From contig JBJOJS010000054.1 of assembly GCA_046046455.1 (NCBI GenBank), forward strand, positions 31,434-95,433: 64,000 nucleotides of DNA, given 5' to 3'. The notes under the pieces were generated by a model. That model was given only the letters and a program-made list of their open reading frames with translations, did no database searches and was not told the DNA's origin. Source of the stretch: Actinomycetota bacterium (GTDB lineage Bacteria; Actinomycetota; Actinomycetes; S36-B12). The position numbers and the translations under genes were made by a program. Positions 21,716 to 31,420 of the stretch are shown in pieces. How positions within the stretch are numbered: the stretch's first letter is position 1; each line of letters begins with the position of its first letter.

Positions 21716-22219
21716 TCAGTCGGACTGCTCAGCGAGGTGCCGGAAAGCCTCCAGGTTGCCCGTGGGCTCGCCCCTGTCGACGCGCCACTTCCACTCGCGC
21801 CGGATCGCCGTGGCAAAGCCGAGCTCGAGGATGGTGTTGAAGGAACCGTCGGAGTACTCCGCGACGCAGCCCAGGAGGCGATCGACCTCTGCGGGAGTCA
21901 CCGACTCAAGCGAGGTGCGTCCCGAGAGGTAGATGTCGCCCAGGTGATCGATGCAGAAGGCGACGGCGTACATCCTGCGGTTGCGTTCGAGTAGCCACCG
22001 ATAGACCGCCTCGGCATTCTCATCGGGCCGGCGGGCCACGAATGCGTTGATGGAGAGGGCGTGATCGCCGACGACCAGGGACACGGTCGTGCGCAGTTTG
22101 TGCGCACCCTCCAGTGTGACGACGAACGTGTGATCATCGGTCCGCTCGACCGGGAGATCGGCCTCAGCGAGTGCCGCCTCGACGACGCGGATGGCCTCCT
22201 GCGTCGAGTTGTGGGTCAT
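21716..22219 (-). CDS. YbjN-domain (sensory/chaperone-like) protein
   Basis: LEGAHKLRT...AFVARRPDEN...WLLERN...FNTILELGF..AIRREW.WR; conserved position between mshA and gpmA. Confidence 0.87.
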   Translation of the reverse strand: MTHNSTQEAIRVVEAALAEADLPVERTDDHTFVVTLEGAHKLRTTVSLVVGDHALSINAFVARRPDENAEAVYRWLLERNRRMYAVAFCIDHLGDIYLSGRTSLESVTPAEVDRLLGCVAEYSDGSFNTILELGFATAIRREWKWRVDRGEPTGNLEAFRHLAEQSD

Positions 22220-22270
22220 GTCGAGTCGCGGTTCATGTCGAGTCGTGGGTCATGTCGAGTCGTGGGTCAG
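22203..22270. repeat. Four tandem 17-bp repeats
   Basis: Consensus GTCGAGTCGTGGGTCAT at 22203, 22220, 22237 and 22254, with 0-2 mismatches each. Confidence 0.95.
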
Positions 22271-23553
22271 GGGGTGCCCACGGCGGAGGGCAGGGCTGCG
22301 TGGTCTCCGATGGCGAGGGCGTAGGAGTCGATGAGCCCCTGGGCTGTCGCGTCCCAACTGAAGCCCTCGGCGTGGGCGCGCGCCCCGGCTGCAAGGTGAT
22401 CGCGCTCGCCCGTCGTCATGCGTTGCAGCACCCGTGCCCACTCGTCTGGATCGTGGGTGGGCACGAGCAGGCCCGAGCGGCCATCGGCGACGGAGGTGCG
22501 CAGGCCGCCGACGGACGCGGCGACCACCGGGGTGCCGCAGGCTTGCGACTCGATGGCCACGAGACCGAAGGACTCTGAGTACGAGGGGACGACGGTGGCG
22601 TCGGCGGCGCGGTACCACCGCGCGAGCCGCCTGCGATCGGTCGGTGGCTCGAAGCGGACGAGGTCGGCGATGCCGAGTGACGAGGCGAGGTCGGCGAGTG
22701 CGGTGGGGTGCTCGAGGCCGCTGCCCGACGGCCCTCCGCATACGGCGACGACGAGGTCATCGCGGCGGGAGGGATCGGCCTCGACCATGCGCGCCACGGC
22801 GTTGAGCAGGACGTCGGGTGCCTTGAGGGGCTGGATGCGCCCCACGAAGAGGAGGACGTGAGCCCGGGGGCTCAGCCCCAGCTCCGCACGCGCGGCGTCA
22901 CGATCTCCCGGGGAGAAGAGATCGAGATCGACGCCGGGATGCACGACGTCGATCGCGTGCGGTGATGCCGAGTAGAGGTCGATGAGCTGGCGAGCCTCGT
23001 CGCCGGTGTTGGCGATGAGCCGCGAGGCGTTGTCGACAACCTGCTCCTCGCCGATGACGCGGACCTGCGGCTCGGGCCGATCACCCGCGGCGAGCTCGAG
23101 GTTCTTGACCTTCGCCATGGTGTGCATCGAGTGCACCAGGGGCACGTCCCAGCGCTCGGACGCCAGCCAGCCGACCTGACCGGAGAGCCAGTAGTGGGAG
23201 TGGATGAGATCGAACCAACCGGCAGGCCGTCCTGCCTCGGCTCGCAGAAGGCCCGCGCTGAACGCGCACATCTGGGCGGGGAGGTCCTCCTTGGGCAGCT
23301 CCTCGAAGGGTCCGGCGCGTAGATGAGTGACCTTGACGCCGGGCTCGATCTCGACCATGGTCGGCACGGATGACGACACTGCACGGGTGAAGATCTCCAC
23401 GTCGACACCGGCGGAGGCGAGGCGACGCGATGTCTCGAGGACGTAGACATTCAGTCCACCCGCGTCGCCCGTTCCGGGCTGATCGAGCGGCGATGTATGC
23501 AGCGATACGACGGCGACCCGGCGGGGCCGGGTGTCGCGCAGATGTCGATTCAC
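22267..23553 (-). CDS. mshA: D-inositol-3-phosphate glycosyltransferase
   Basis: [42 protein letters not shown] and [10 protein letters not shown]; GTG 23553 follows GGAGG. Confidence 0.96.
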   Translation of the reverse strand: MNRHLRDTRPRRVAVVSLHTSPLDQPGTGDAGGLNVYVLETSRRLASAGVDVEIFTRAVSSSVPTMVEIEPGVKVTHLRAGPFEELPKEDLPAQMCAFSAGLLRAEAGRPAGWFDLIHSHYWLSGQVGWLASERWDVPLVHSMHTMAKVKNLELAAGDRPEPQVRVIGEEQVVDNASRLIANTGDEARQLIDLYSASPHAIDVVHPGVDLDLFSPGDRDAARAELGLSPRAHVLLFVGRIQPLKAPDVLLNAVARMVEADPSRRDDLVVAVCGGPSGSGLEHPTALADLASSLGIADLVRFEPPTDRRRLARWYRAADATVVPSYSESFGLVAIESQACGTPVVAASVGGLRTSVADGRSGLLVPTHDPDEWARVLQRMTTGERDHLAAGARAHAEGFSWDATAQGLIDSYALAIGDHAALPSAVGTP

Positions 23554-23618
23554 GGCCACCTCCCGAGGGTCGAACGACGCCCCAGTGTGACGTATTCCCG
23601 CGGCCGGGGCACCCCGGG

Positions 23619-24287
23619 TCAGCGACCGGCGTCGAGGGTGACGCCGGCGTAGGGCTCGCCCGTCACGATCGTGACCACCCGGCGCGTGACCGACACCGCA
23701 TGATCCGCGTAGCGCTCGTAGAAGCGCGAGAGCAGGGTGACGTCGATGGCGGCTTCGATTCCATGCTTCCACGACGGTGACAGGACGATGGTGAAGAGCT
23801 CGCGGTGCAGGTGATCCATCTGCTCGTCGTGGCGTGCGATGTCCGTGGCCAGGGAGACGTCCTTCGTCGCGATGACCGCACCCGTCTTGGACACGATTGC
23901 CTCCGCGATGCCACCCATCTCCGCGAACGTCCCTCGCAGCTCCTGGGGGATGGCGGCCGCGGGATAGCGCATGCGCGCCTGCTTGGCGACGTGCTCGGCC
24001 AGGTCGCCCATCCGCTCGAGTGATGACGCGATACGCAGCGCACCGATGACGATGCGCAGGTCGGAGGCCACGGGTGCCTGGAGGGCGATCACGTCGAAGC
24101 ACTTCTCCTCGGTCTCCGAGGTGAGCACATCGACCTGCTCATCGGCCGCGATGACCTCCTCGGCGAGGCGCAGGTCGGCGTCGAGGAGGGACTGAGTCGC
24201 GCGGTTCATCGCTGAGCCCACGAGTCGAGTCAGGTGGACCAGGTCATCACTGATGGCATCGAGCTCCGCCGTGAACGCCTCACGCAT
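23619..24287 (-). CDS. phoU: Phosphate signalling protein PhoU
   Basis: [22 protein letters not shown] and [11 protein letters not shown]. Confidence 0.95.
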   Translation of the reverse strand: MREAFTAELDAISDDLVHLTRLVGSAMNRATQSLLDADLRLAEEVIAADEQVDVLTSETEEKCFDVIALQAPVASDLRIVIGALRIASSLERMGDLAEHVAKQARMRYPAAAIPQELRGTFAEMGGIAEAIVSKTGAVIATKDVSLATDIARHDEQMDHLHRELFTIVLSPSWKHGIEAAIDVTLLSRFYERYADHAVSVTRRVVTIVTGEPYAGVTLDAGR

Positions 24288-24322
24288 CGGACACCTCCCG
24301 GTGGGTCATGGTGGACAGCGTA

Positions 24323-24372
24323 GGTGAACGACTGTTGAGCGGAAGGTGAACGGTCACCGCAGAGGGGTGAAC
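24323..24372 (-). promoter_or_regulatory. PHO-box repeats in the phoU/senX3 divergent promoter
   Basis: Minus-strand GTTCACC at 24372, 24351 and 24329, plus GCTCAAC at 24340; spacings of 21, 11 and 11 nt. Confidence 0.75.
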
Positions 24373-24443
24373 GATCGGACAATCCTGGCGGCGCCAGCCC
24401 ATGGGGACGCTGACCCGGTCGCGGGGGCGCCTATCGTGGCGCC

Positions 24444-25583
24444 ATGGCCGGTCGCCCTGCCCGCGTGACGTCCCCCGACGTGGTGGCCCCGATCGGGGCA
24501 CGAGCCGTACCCGACCACGTGGTGGCACTACTCAACATCCTGCCCATGGCCTCGCTCGTCGTCGACGCGGAGGGCAACGTCCTGCGGACGACCCCGCGCG
24601 CCGAGGCGCTCGGCCTGGTCCGTCGCGACGCGCTGGCGGTCGCCGATGTGCACGAGTTGATCCGGGCCTGCGTCGAGCGCGGCGTGGCGCAGGAGCGCGA
24701 GATCCGCGTCCGCCGGCCTCCGTTGGGCCGCGGGATGCTCGATCTCAAGGCGACCGTCGCACCGCTCTCGCCGGGCACCTATGTCGTTCTGGTGGAGGAT
24801 CTCGCAGAGGAACGCCGTGTGGATGCGGTGCGACGCGACTTCGTCGCCAACGTGAGTCACGAGCTCAAAACACCCGTGGGTGCCTTGGCCCTCCTTGCCG
24901 AAGCCATCCTGAGTTCGGCAGAAGATCAGGAGAGCGTGCAGCGCTTCGCTGAGCGCATGATCGTGGAGTCATCGCGCCTTGCCTCCCTCATCAACGACAT
25001 CATCGAGCTCTCCCGACTGCAGGGCGACGACCCCCTCGCTCGCGCTGCTGTCTTCGAGATCGACGCGGTGATCGCCCAGGCGGTGGACGAGGTCCGCCCC
25101 TTCGCCGATGCGCGAGGAATCGAGCTCGTGGTCATCGGCGCACCCGGTGCGGAAATGGTGGGTGATCGTCAGCAGGTGCTGACAGCCGTGCGCAATCTCG
25201 TGAGCAACGCCGTGACCTACTCCCCGGACCACACGCGCGTTGCCGTCGCAGCCCGCACGGATAGCGGCATGGTCGAGATCGATGTCAAGGATCAGGGCAT
25301 CGGCATCGCTTCGCATGACCTCGACCGGATCTTCGAGCGCTTCTATCGCGCCGATCCGGCCCGCTCACGTGCCACCGGAGGGACGGGGCTCGGCCTGTCG
25401 ATCGTCAAGCACGTGTGCGAGAACCATGGCGGTGACGTCGCGGTGTGGTCCGAGTTCGGAGTGGGGTCGACATTCACCCTGCGCTTCCCCCTGTCCAGCG
25501 GAAGCGGCGACACTGAGCTGGTGGCACTGAGCACAGGGCGCGCACGCGCCCACCGTGCCGCGAAGGAGGAGGAGTCCCGGTGA
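24444..25583 (+). CDS. senX3: Sensor histidine kinase SenX3/PhoR
   Basis: DFVANVSHELKTP, NLVSNAV, DQGIGI, FERFYR.D.ARSR.TGGTGLGLSIVKH. Confidence 0.92.
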   Translation: MAGRPARVTSPDVVAPIGARAVPDHVVALLNILPMASLVVDAEGNVLRTTPRAEALGLVRRDALAVADVHELIRACVERGVAQEREIRVRRPPLGRGMLDLKATVAPLSPGTYVVLVEDLAEERRVDAVRRDFVANVSHELKTPVGALALLAEAILSSAEDQESVQRFAERMIVESSRLASLINDIIELSRLQGDDPLARAAVFEIDAVIAQAVDEVRPFADARGIELVVIGAPGAEMVGDRQQVLTAVRNLVSNAVTYSPDHTRVAVAARTDSGMVEIDVKDQGIGIASHDLDRIFERFYRADPARSRATGGTGLGLSIVKHVCENHGGDVAVWSEFGVGSTFTLRFPLSSGSGDTELVALSTGRARAHRAAKEEESR

Positions 25584-26263
25584 CACGGGTACTGGTGGTC
25601 GAGGACGAGGAGTCCTTCTCGGATGCTCTGTCCTTCATGCTCCGTCGCGAGGGCTACGAGGTGGGCGTCGCGGCCGATGGCGCGGCGGCGCTCGATGAGT
25701 TCGACCGACATGGCGCCGATCTCGTGCTCCTCGACCTCATGCTGCCGGGCATCTCCGGCACGGAGGTGTGCCGCACTCTCCGCCAGAAGTCAGCGGTGCC
25801 CATCATCATGGTGACGGCCAAGGACGGCGAGGTCGACAAGGTCGTGGGCCTCGAGCTCGGAGCCGACGACTACGTCACCAAGCCCTTCTCCTCGCGCGAG
25901 CTCGTCGCCCGCATCCGTGCGGTCCTGCGCCGGCGCGGTGAGCCCGAGGAGATGCTGCCGAGCGTGCTCGAAGCCGGCCCCGTGCGCATCGACGTCGATC
26001 GCCACGTCGTCGCGGTGCGCGGGCAGACCATCGCGATGCCCCTGAAGGAGTTCGACCTCCTCGAACTCCTCGTCCGCAACGCCGGACGCGTGCTCACCCG
26101 CGGGCAGATCATCGATCGCGTCTGGGGGTCGGACTATGTGGGAGACACCAAGACCCTGGACGTCCACGTGAAGCGCCTGCGCGCCAAGATCGAAGAGGAT
26201 CCGCGCCATCCGAAACTGATCCTCACGGTGCGCGGACTCGGCTACAAGTACGAGGCCGAGTAG
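25580..26263 (+). CDS. regX3: Response regulator RegX3/PhoP
   Basis: VEDEES, LDLMLPG, GADDYVTKPFS, LKEFDLL and VWGSDYVGDTKTLDVHVKRLR. Confidence 0.94.
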   Translation: MTRVLVVEDEESFSDALSFMLRREGYEVGVAADGAAALDEFDRHGADLVLLDLMLPGISGTEVCRTLRQKSAVPIIMVTAKDGEVDKVVGLELGADDYVTKPFSSRELVARIRAVLRRRGEPEEMLPSVLEAGPVRIDVDRHVVAVRGQTIAMPLKEFDLLELLVRNAGRVLTRGQIIDRVWGSDYVGDTKTLDVHVKRLRAKIEEDPRHPKLILTVRGLGYKYEAE

Positions 26264-26276
26264 CGCCGACTCCGGC

Positions 26277-26786
26277 TCAGCCCGCGGGGACGTAGCCGGC
26301 GTAGTACCCCACGTCCGGCACCACGAGGGACGTGAATTCGGTGACGCCGTTGGTCGTGAAGGCGAGCGAGACGGTGGAGTACGACCCGGCCGGCGTCGCG
26401 AGTGCGTCGATGAGCAGGACGTTCTCCGGAGGAGCGCCCTCAGCGCCGTAGCCGAAGGTTGCGAAGGATCCCGGCTCGATCGTGACCGCGGGGGCAGCGA
26501 GTGGCTGGCCATCGACGGAGACACCTGCGAGCGTGTCGGCCGCATCTCCCTGATTGAAGACCGCCATGACGAGCGATGCTCGACCGGCTTCGTTACGTAC
26601 GACGGTGGCATTCTCGATGCGCAGCGATCCCACGATCTCCTGCGTGCCGTTGCCTGAGTTCATGGAGTTCTGCATCGTGGTGCTCGCCCCGAAGCCCTGC
26701 CAGCAACCGGCAAGAAGGGGGGAGAGGGCGGCGACTGTCGCGACGAGGGCGACGCGGCTGACGATGCGATGGCGCGCTGCAATCAC
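26277..26786 (-). CDS. LpqE-like lipoprotein
   Basis: Lipobox LAGC; beta-rich mature part; divergent from carD; TACGCT 7 nt before GTG 26786. Confidence 0.75.
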   Translation of the reverse strand: MIAARHRIVSRVALVATVAALSPLLAGCWQGFGASTTMQNSMNSGNGTQEIVGSLRIENATVVRNEAGRASLVMAVFNQGDAADTLAGVSVDGQPLAAPAVTIEPGSFATFGYGAEGAPPENVLLIDALATPAGSYSTVSLAFTTNGVTEFTSLVVPDVGYYAGYVPAG

Positions 26787-26879
26787 GCTTCTCAGCGTAG
26801 CGGGTGCGGGGGCTGGGACTCGGGGTGGTGCTCCTGATGCCCGTGATATCCTGATGGACCGGGAAAGGGGTCTCTCTCT

Positions 26880-27362
26880 ATGACGTTCAAGGTTGGCGAC
26901 ACTGTCGTCTACCCCCATCACGGGGCTGCCCTCATCGAGGCCGTGGAGGTCCGGGTCATCAAGGGGGCCGAGAAGGAGTACCTCGTGCTCCGCGTCGCCC
27001 AGGGAGACCTCACCGTCCGCGTCCCGGCCGACAATGTCGACCTCGTGGGCGTCCGCGATGTGGTCAATGCCGAGGGCCTCGACCGGGTCTTCGAGGTGTT
27101 GCGCCAGCCCTACACCGAAGAGCCCACCAACTGGTCCCGCCGCTACAAGGCCAACCTCGAGAAGCTCGCCTCCGGCGACGTCATCAAGGTAGCCGAGGTC
27201 GTCCGTGACCTGTGGCGTCGTGAGCGCGAGCGCGGCCTGTCGGCCGGCGAGAAGCGCATGCTGGCCAAGGCACGCCAGATCCTCGTGAGCGAGCTCGCCC
27301 TCGCGGAGAAGACCAACGAGGACAAGGCCGAAGCCATCCTCGACGAGGTTCTCGCCTCCTAG
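26880..27362 (+). CDS. carD: RNA polymerase-binding factor CarD
   Basis: [31 protein letters not shown] and [14 protein letters not shown]. Confidence 0.97.
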   Translation: MTFKVGDTVVYPHHGAALIEAVEVRVIKGAEKEYLVLRVAQGDLTVRVPADNVDLVGVRDVVNAEGLDRVFEVLRQPYTEEPTNWSRRYKANLEKLASGDVIKVAEVVRDLWRRERERGLSAGEKRMLAKARQILVSELALAEKTNEDKAEAILDEVLAS

Positions 27363-27388
27363 GTCGTCACGGCCCGTGCTGACGGGCT

Positions 27389-28120
27389 GTGCCAGTGGAA
27401 GCGGAGGTCGCCATGGGCGACGCCCCCCTCACCGCGGTGATCGTGCCTGCGGCGGGACGCGGTGAGCGACTCGGTCCCGGTGCGCCCAAAGCGCTGCGCA
27501 CACTCGCGGGGCAGCCGATCCTCCTGCACGCCGTGCGCAACCTCGCCACCGCGCGCGATGTCGACATCATCGTGGTGGCCGTGCCCGAGGATGCGGTCGA
27601 GGAGTCTCGCGCGCTGCTCGCCGGCATCGAACTCCCCATCACCATCGTCTCCGGTGGTGAGACCCGGCAGGACTCCGTCGCACGAGCCCTGCTGGCGCTG
27701 CCGCCCGAGGTCGATGTCGTCCTCGTCCACGACGCCGCACGGCCGCTCGTCCCCGCAGACGTCGTCGATCGCGTGGCCGCTGCCGTGCGCGCCGGATCCC
27801 AGGCGGTGATCCCCACCCTGGGCGTGGTCGACACCATCAAGGAGGTCGATGGCGAGGGCGTCGTGCGCGCCACCCTGGACCGTGCGCGACTCCATGCCGT
27901 CCAGACTCCCCAGGGATTCGATCGCGACGTACTCCAGCGTGCCCATGGCGAGTCCGATGGAGGGGACGCCACCGACGACGCGGGAATGGTCGAGCGGATG
28001 GGCGTGACCGTGCAGACGGTGCCGGGTCACGAGGAAGCCTTCAAGATCACGCGCCCGCTCGACCTCGTCCTCGCCGAGGCGATCCTGGTCCGTCGACGTG
28101 CGGCCGGCGGTGTCGGCTAG
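27389..28120 (+). CDS. ispD: 2-C-methyl-D-erythritol 4-phosphate cytidylyltransferase
   Basis: [10 protein letters not shown]...[29 protein letters not shown] and KIT. Confidence 0.95.
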   Translation: MPVEAEVAMGDAPLTAVIVPAAGRGERLGPGAPKALRTLAGQPILLHAVRNLATARDVDIIVVAVPEDAVEESRALLAGIELPITIVSGGETRQDSVARALLALPPEVDVVLVHDAARPLVPADVVDRVAAAVRAGSQAVIPTLGVVDTIKEVDGEGVVRATLDRARLHAVQTPQGFDRDVLQRAHGESDGGDATDDAGMVERMGVTVQTVPGHEEAFKITRPLDLVLAEAILVRRRAAGGVG

Positions 28121-28580
28121 TCGCATCGGCGTGGGAGTCGACGTCCACGCCTTCGCCGCGGGTCGCCCCCTCTGGGTCGCGGGCCTGCTCTGGGATGGCG
28201 ACGGTCTCGATGGTCACTCCGATGCGGACGTCGCGGCCCACGCGGCGTGCGATGCGCTGCTCTCCGCTGCGAGCCTCGGCGACCTCGGCGCGCTCGTGGG
28301 AGTCGATGATCCCCAGTGGTCAGGTGCCAGCGGTGCGGCACTCCTCGCTCATGCGGCAGCCAGCGTCCGGTCGGCCGGCTGGGAGATCTCGAATATCGCC
28401 ATCCAGGTCATCGGCGTACGCCCGCGGATCGGCACGCGTCGCGCGGAGGCCGAAGCCGCGCTGTCCGCGGCGGCCGGGGCTCCCGTGAGTGTGGCGGGCA
28501 CCACGACCGATGGCTTGGGTCTCACCGGTCGAGGCGAGGGCCTGGCGGCCATCGCGACCGCCCTCCTGTCTCGCTCCTGA
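28110..28580 (+). CDS. ispF: MECDP synthase
   Basis: [22 protein letters not shown] and TTTDGLG.TGRGEG. Confidence 0.94.
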   Translation: MSASRIGVGVDVHAFAAGRPLWVAGLLWDGDGLDGHSDADVAAHAACDALLSAASLGDLGALVGVDDPQWSGASGAALLAHAAASVRSAGWEISNIAIQVIGVRPRIGTRRAEAEAALSAAAGAPVSVAGTTTDGLGLTGRGEGLAAIATALLSRS

Positions 28581-28607
28581 CGACGTGACGTCCGATACCG
28601 TCGCCCC

Positions 28608-29012
28608 ATGACCGCCACCATCCCGCCCGATGCCTACCCCATGCTCGACGCACCCGAGTTCGCGACCATCGCGACCACCAACCCCAACGGATACCCGCAT
28701 CTGTCCGTCGTGTGGGTGGAGCGCGACGGCAATGACCTTCTCGTGTCCACGATCAAGGGACGCCGCAAGTACCTCAACATGGAGCGCGACCCCAAGGTGA
28801 CCGTGCTGGTCTACCCGAAGGACAACCCGTACTCCTATGTCGAGGTGCGCGGCACGGTGTCGATGGTGAAGGAGGGCGGCCGCGAGCTCATCGACCGCCT
28901 CAACCAGGCCTACACCGGCACCGGGCGCTACACCGGTGACGATGGGACCGACAACGTGCGCGTGGTCTGCCGCATCACCCCGGAGAAGGTCGTCACGCGC
29001 GTACCGCACTGA
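28608..29012 (+). CDS. PPOX-class F420-dependent oxidoreductase
   Basis: ATIATTNPNGYPHLSVVW, RRKYLNMERDPKV and YVEVRG. Confidence 0.88.
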   Translation: MTATIPPDAYPMLDAPEFATIATTNPNGYPHLSVVWVERDGNDLLVSTIKGRRKYLNMERDPKVTVLVYPKDNPYSYVEVRGTVSMVKEGGRELIDRLNQAYTGTGRYTGDDGTDNVRVVCRITPEKVVTRVPH

Positions 29013-29045
29013 CCCTGTCCGCAGACCGTTCACTACCCTGTCGGA

Positions 29046-30443
29046 GTGACCCTGCGCCTGTACGACACCGCGACCCGCGCGGTGCGCGACTTCGTCCCGC
29101 TCGAGCCAGGCCGGGTGTCGATCTATCTGTGCGGGGCGACCGTCCAGGCACCTCCCCATGTGGGCCATATCCGGTCGGGACTGGCCTTCGACATCCTGAG
29201 GCGCTGGCTGGCGGCCTCGGGGTACGACGTGACCTTCGTCCGCAATGTCACGGACATCGACGACAAGATCCTGGCGCGCGGTGCCGACGAGGGCATTCCC
29301 TTCTGGCAGGTGGCGATGCGCAATGAGCGTGCCTTCACCTGGGCCTACGACGTCCTCGGATGCCTGCCGCCGACGTACGAACCCCGGGCCACGGGGCACG
29401 TCCCCGAGATGGTCGAGCTCATGCAGCGGCTCATCGATGACGGTCACGCGTACGCCGCGGACGGCGACGTCTACTTCGACGTGCGGTCCTTCCCCGAGTA
29501 CGGCGCGCTGAGCGGGCAGCGCCTCGACGACATGCAGCCTGCCGGTGACTCCGACGCCTCGATCAAGCGCGATCCCCGTGACTTCGCCCTGTGGAAGTCC
29601 GCCAAGCCGGGCGAGCCGCACTGGAACACCCCGTGGGGGCCGGGCCGGCCCGGATGGCACCTGGAGTGCTCCGCCATGGCGTCGCGCTATCTCGGCTCGG
29701 CGTTCGACATCCACGGCGGTGGCATGGATCTGCTCTTCCCCCATCACGAAAACGAGATCGCCCAGTCCAAGGCTGCCGGTGACGAGTTCGCACGCTTCTG
29801 GATGCACAACGCCTGGGTGACGACCTCGGGCGAGAAGATGAGCAAGTCGCTGGGCAACTCTCTCCTCGTCTCGGAGGTCGTCAAGCGTGTCCGACCCGTC
29901 GAACTCCGCTACTACCTGGGCTCTGCGCACTACCGCTCGATGCTGGAGTTCTCCGACGAGGCTCTCGCCGAGGCGGCCGCGGGTTATCGGCGAATCGAGG
30001 GCTTCCTCCGCCGCGCGGAGGAGGCACTTGGGGATGGCCCTGGCGCCACCGCGGTGCCCGCAGCCTTTGCCGCGGCACTCGACGACGATCTCGGCGTGCC
30101 CCAGGCACTCGCAGTCGTGCACGACACCGTCCGCGCCGGCAATGCCGCTCTCTCGGACGGTGACACTGGCGCTGCGCGCCGCGCGCGCGATGAGGTCGTC
30201 GTGATGCTGGATGTGCTCGGGGTCAACCCCTACGCCGAACCGTGGGCGGCGCAATCAGACGACGGTGCTGCGCGTCGTGCACTCGGGCCGCTCGTCGAGG
30301 TCGTCCTCGCGCAGCGCCAGGCCGCGCGCGAACGCAAGGACTTCGCCGTCGCCGATGCCCTCCGAGACGGTCTTGCATCCTCCGGTATCTCGGTGGAGGA
30401 CACTCCGGCCGGCGCTCGCTGGTCCCTGACAGAGGAGTCCTGA
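29046..30443 (+). CDS. cysS: Cysteine--tRNA ligase
   Basis: YLCGATV...[27 protein letters not shown] and KMSKS. Confidence 0.97.
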   Translation: MTLRLYDTATRAVRDFVPLEPGRVSIYLCGATVQAPPHVGHIRSGLAFDILRRWLAASGYDVTFVRNVTDIDDKILARGADEGIPFWQVAMRNERAFTWAYDVLGCLPPTYEPRATGHVPEMVELMQRLIDDGHAYAADGDVYFDVRSFPEYGALSGQRLDDMQPAGDSDASIKRDPRDFALWKSAKPGEPHWNTPWGPGRPGWHLECSAMASRYLGSAFDIHGGGMDLLFPHHENEIAQSKAAGDEFARFWMHNAWVTTSGEKMSKSLGNSLLVSEVVKRVRPVELRYYLGSAHYRSMLEFSDEALAEAAAGYRRIEGFLRRAEEALGDGPGATAVPAAFAAALDDDLGVPQALAVVHDTVRAGNAALSDGDTGAARRARDEVVVMLDVLGVNPYAEPWAAQSDDGAARRALGPLVEVVLAQRQAARERKDFAVADALRDGLASSGISVEDTPAGARWSLTEES

Positions 30444-31420
30444 TGGCCGGTAACTCCCAGCGCAAGGGCGCCATGCGCAAGGAAGGCACCAAGAAGGGCA
30501 TGACCGTCGGCTCCGGTGGCCAGCGCCGCAAGGCGCTCAAGGGCAAGGGGCCCACGCCCAAGGCAGAGGAGCGGACCAAGCACCCGGCCGCGCGTCGCGC
30601 GCGCGCGGCCGAGAAGCGGGCTGCCAGGAGCACGTCCTCGACACGCGGCCGTAAGGACGGACGCGAGGTCCTCGTGGGCCGCAACCCCGTGGTCGAGGCA
30701 CTGCGCGCGGGAGTCCCGGCGTCGGCGCTCTACGTGCAGCAGTACGTCGACACCGATGATCGCGTGCGCGAGGCGCTGACAACAGCGGCAGACCAGGGCA
30801 TGCCGATCATGGAGGTGACGCGTGCCGAGCTCGATCGCATGTCGGGAGGTGCGGCGCACCAGGGATTGCTGCTCACCGTGCCGGCGTACGACTATCTCGA
30901 CCCTGACGACCTGCTCGCGCGGGCCATCGACTCGGGCACGGCGCCGCTGATCGTCGCCCTCGATGGTGTGACCGACCCGCGCAATCTCGGCGCGATCGTC
31001 CGCTCGGCCGCGGCCTTCGGCGCCCAGGGAGTCGTGGTGCCCGAACGCCGCGCTGCCGGCGTCACCGGCTCGGCGTGGAAGGCAAGCGCGGGCACACTCG
31101 CGCACGTTCCTGTCGCCCGAGCCACCAATCTCACCCGGGCGCTCACCGCCTATCGCAAGGCCGGTTGCACGGTGATCGGCCTCGCTGCAGACGGCGACAT
31201 GCAACTCACGGCGCTTCCGCCCGACGTGGCGCGGGATCCCCTGGTCATCGTGATCGGTGGTGAGGGGCGCGGCCTGAGTCGCCTCGTCGGCGAGACGTGC
31301 GATCACATCGTGTCGATCCCCATGGCCGCGGACACGGAGTCGCTCAACGCTGCGGTGGCGGCGGGGGTGACGCTCTACGCCGTCGCTTCGCTGCGGACCG
31401 CGGGTGCGGCTACGCCGTAG
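30443..31420 (+). CDS. rlmB: 23S rRNA Gm2251 methyltransferase (SpoU family)
   Basis: [29 protein letters not shown] and ESLNAAVA; TGATG coupling to cysS. Confidence 0.94.
   Translation: MAGNSQRKGAMRKEGTKKGMTVGSGGQRRKALKGKGPTPKAEERTKHPAARRARAAEKRAARSTSSTRGRKDGREVLVGRNPVVEALRAGVPASALYVQQYVDTDDRVREALTTAADQGMPIMEVTRAELDRMSGGAAHQGLLLTVPAYDYLDPDDLLARAIDSGTAPLIVALDGVTDPRNLGAIVRSAAAFGAQGVVVPERRAAGVTGSAWKASAGTLAHVPVARATNLTRALTAYRKAGCTVIGLAADGDMQLTALPPDVARDPLVIVIGGEGRGLSRLVGETCDHIVSIPMAADTESLNAAVAAGVTLYAVASLRTAGAATP

Noticed and set aside
22203-22270. Tandem repeats as a CRISPR array (also 50050-50091)
   Set aside because: The units are adjacent with no spacers, and there are no cas genes in the window.
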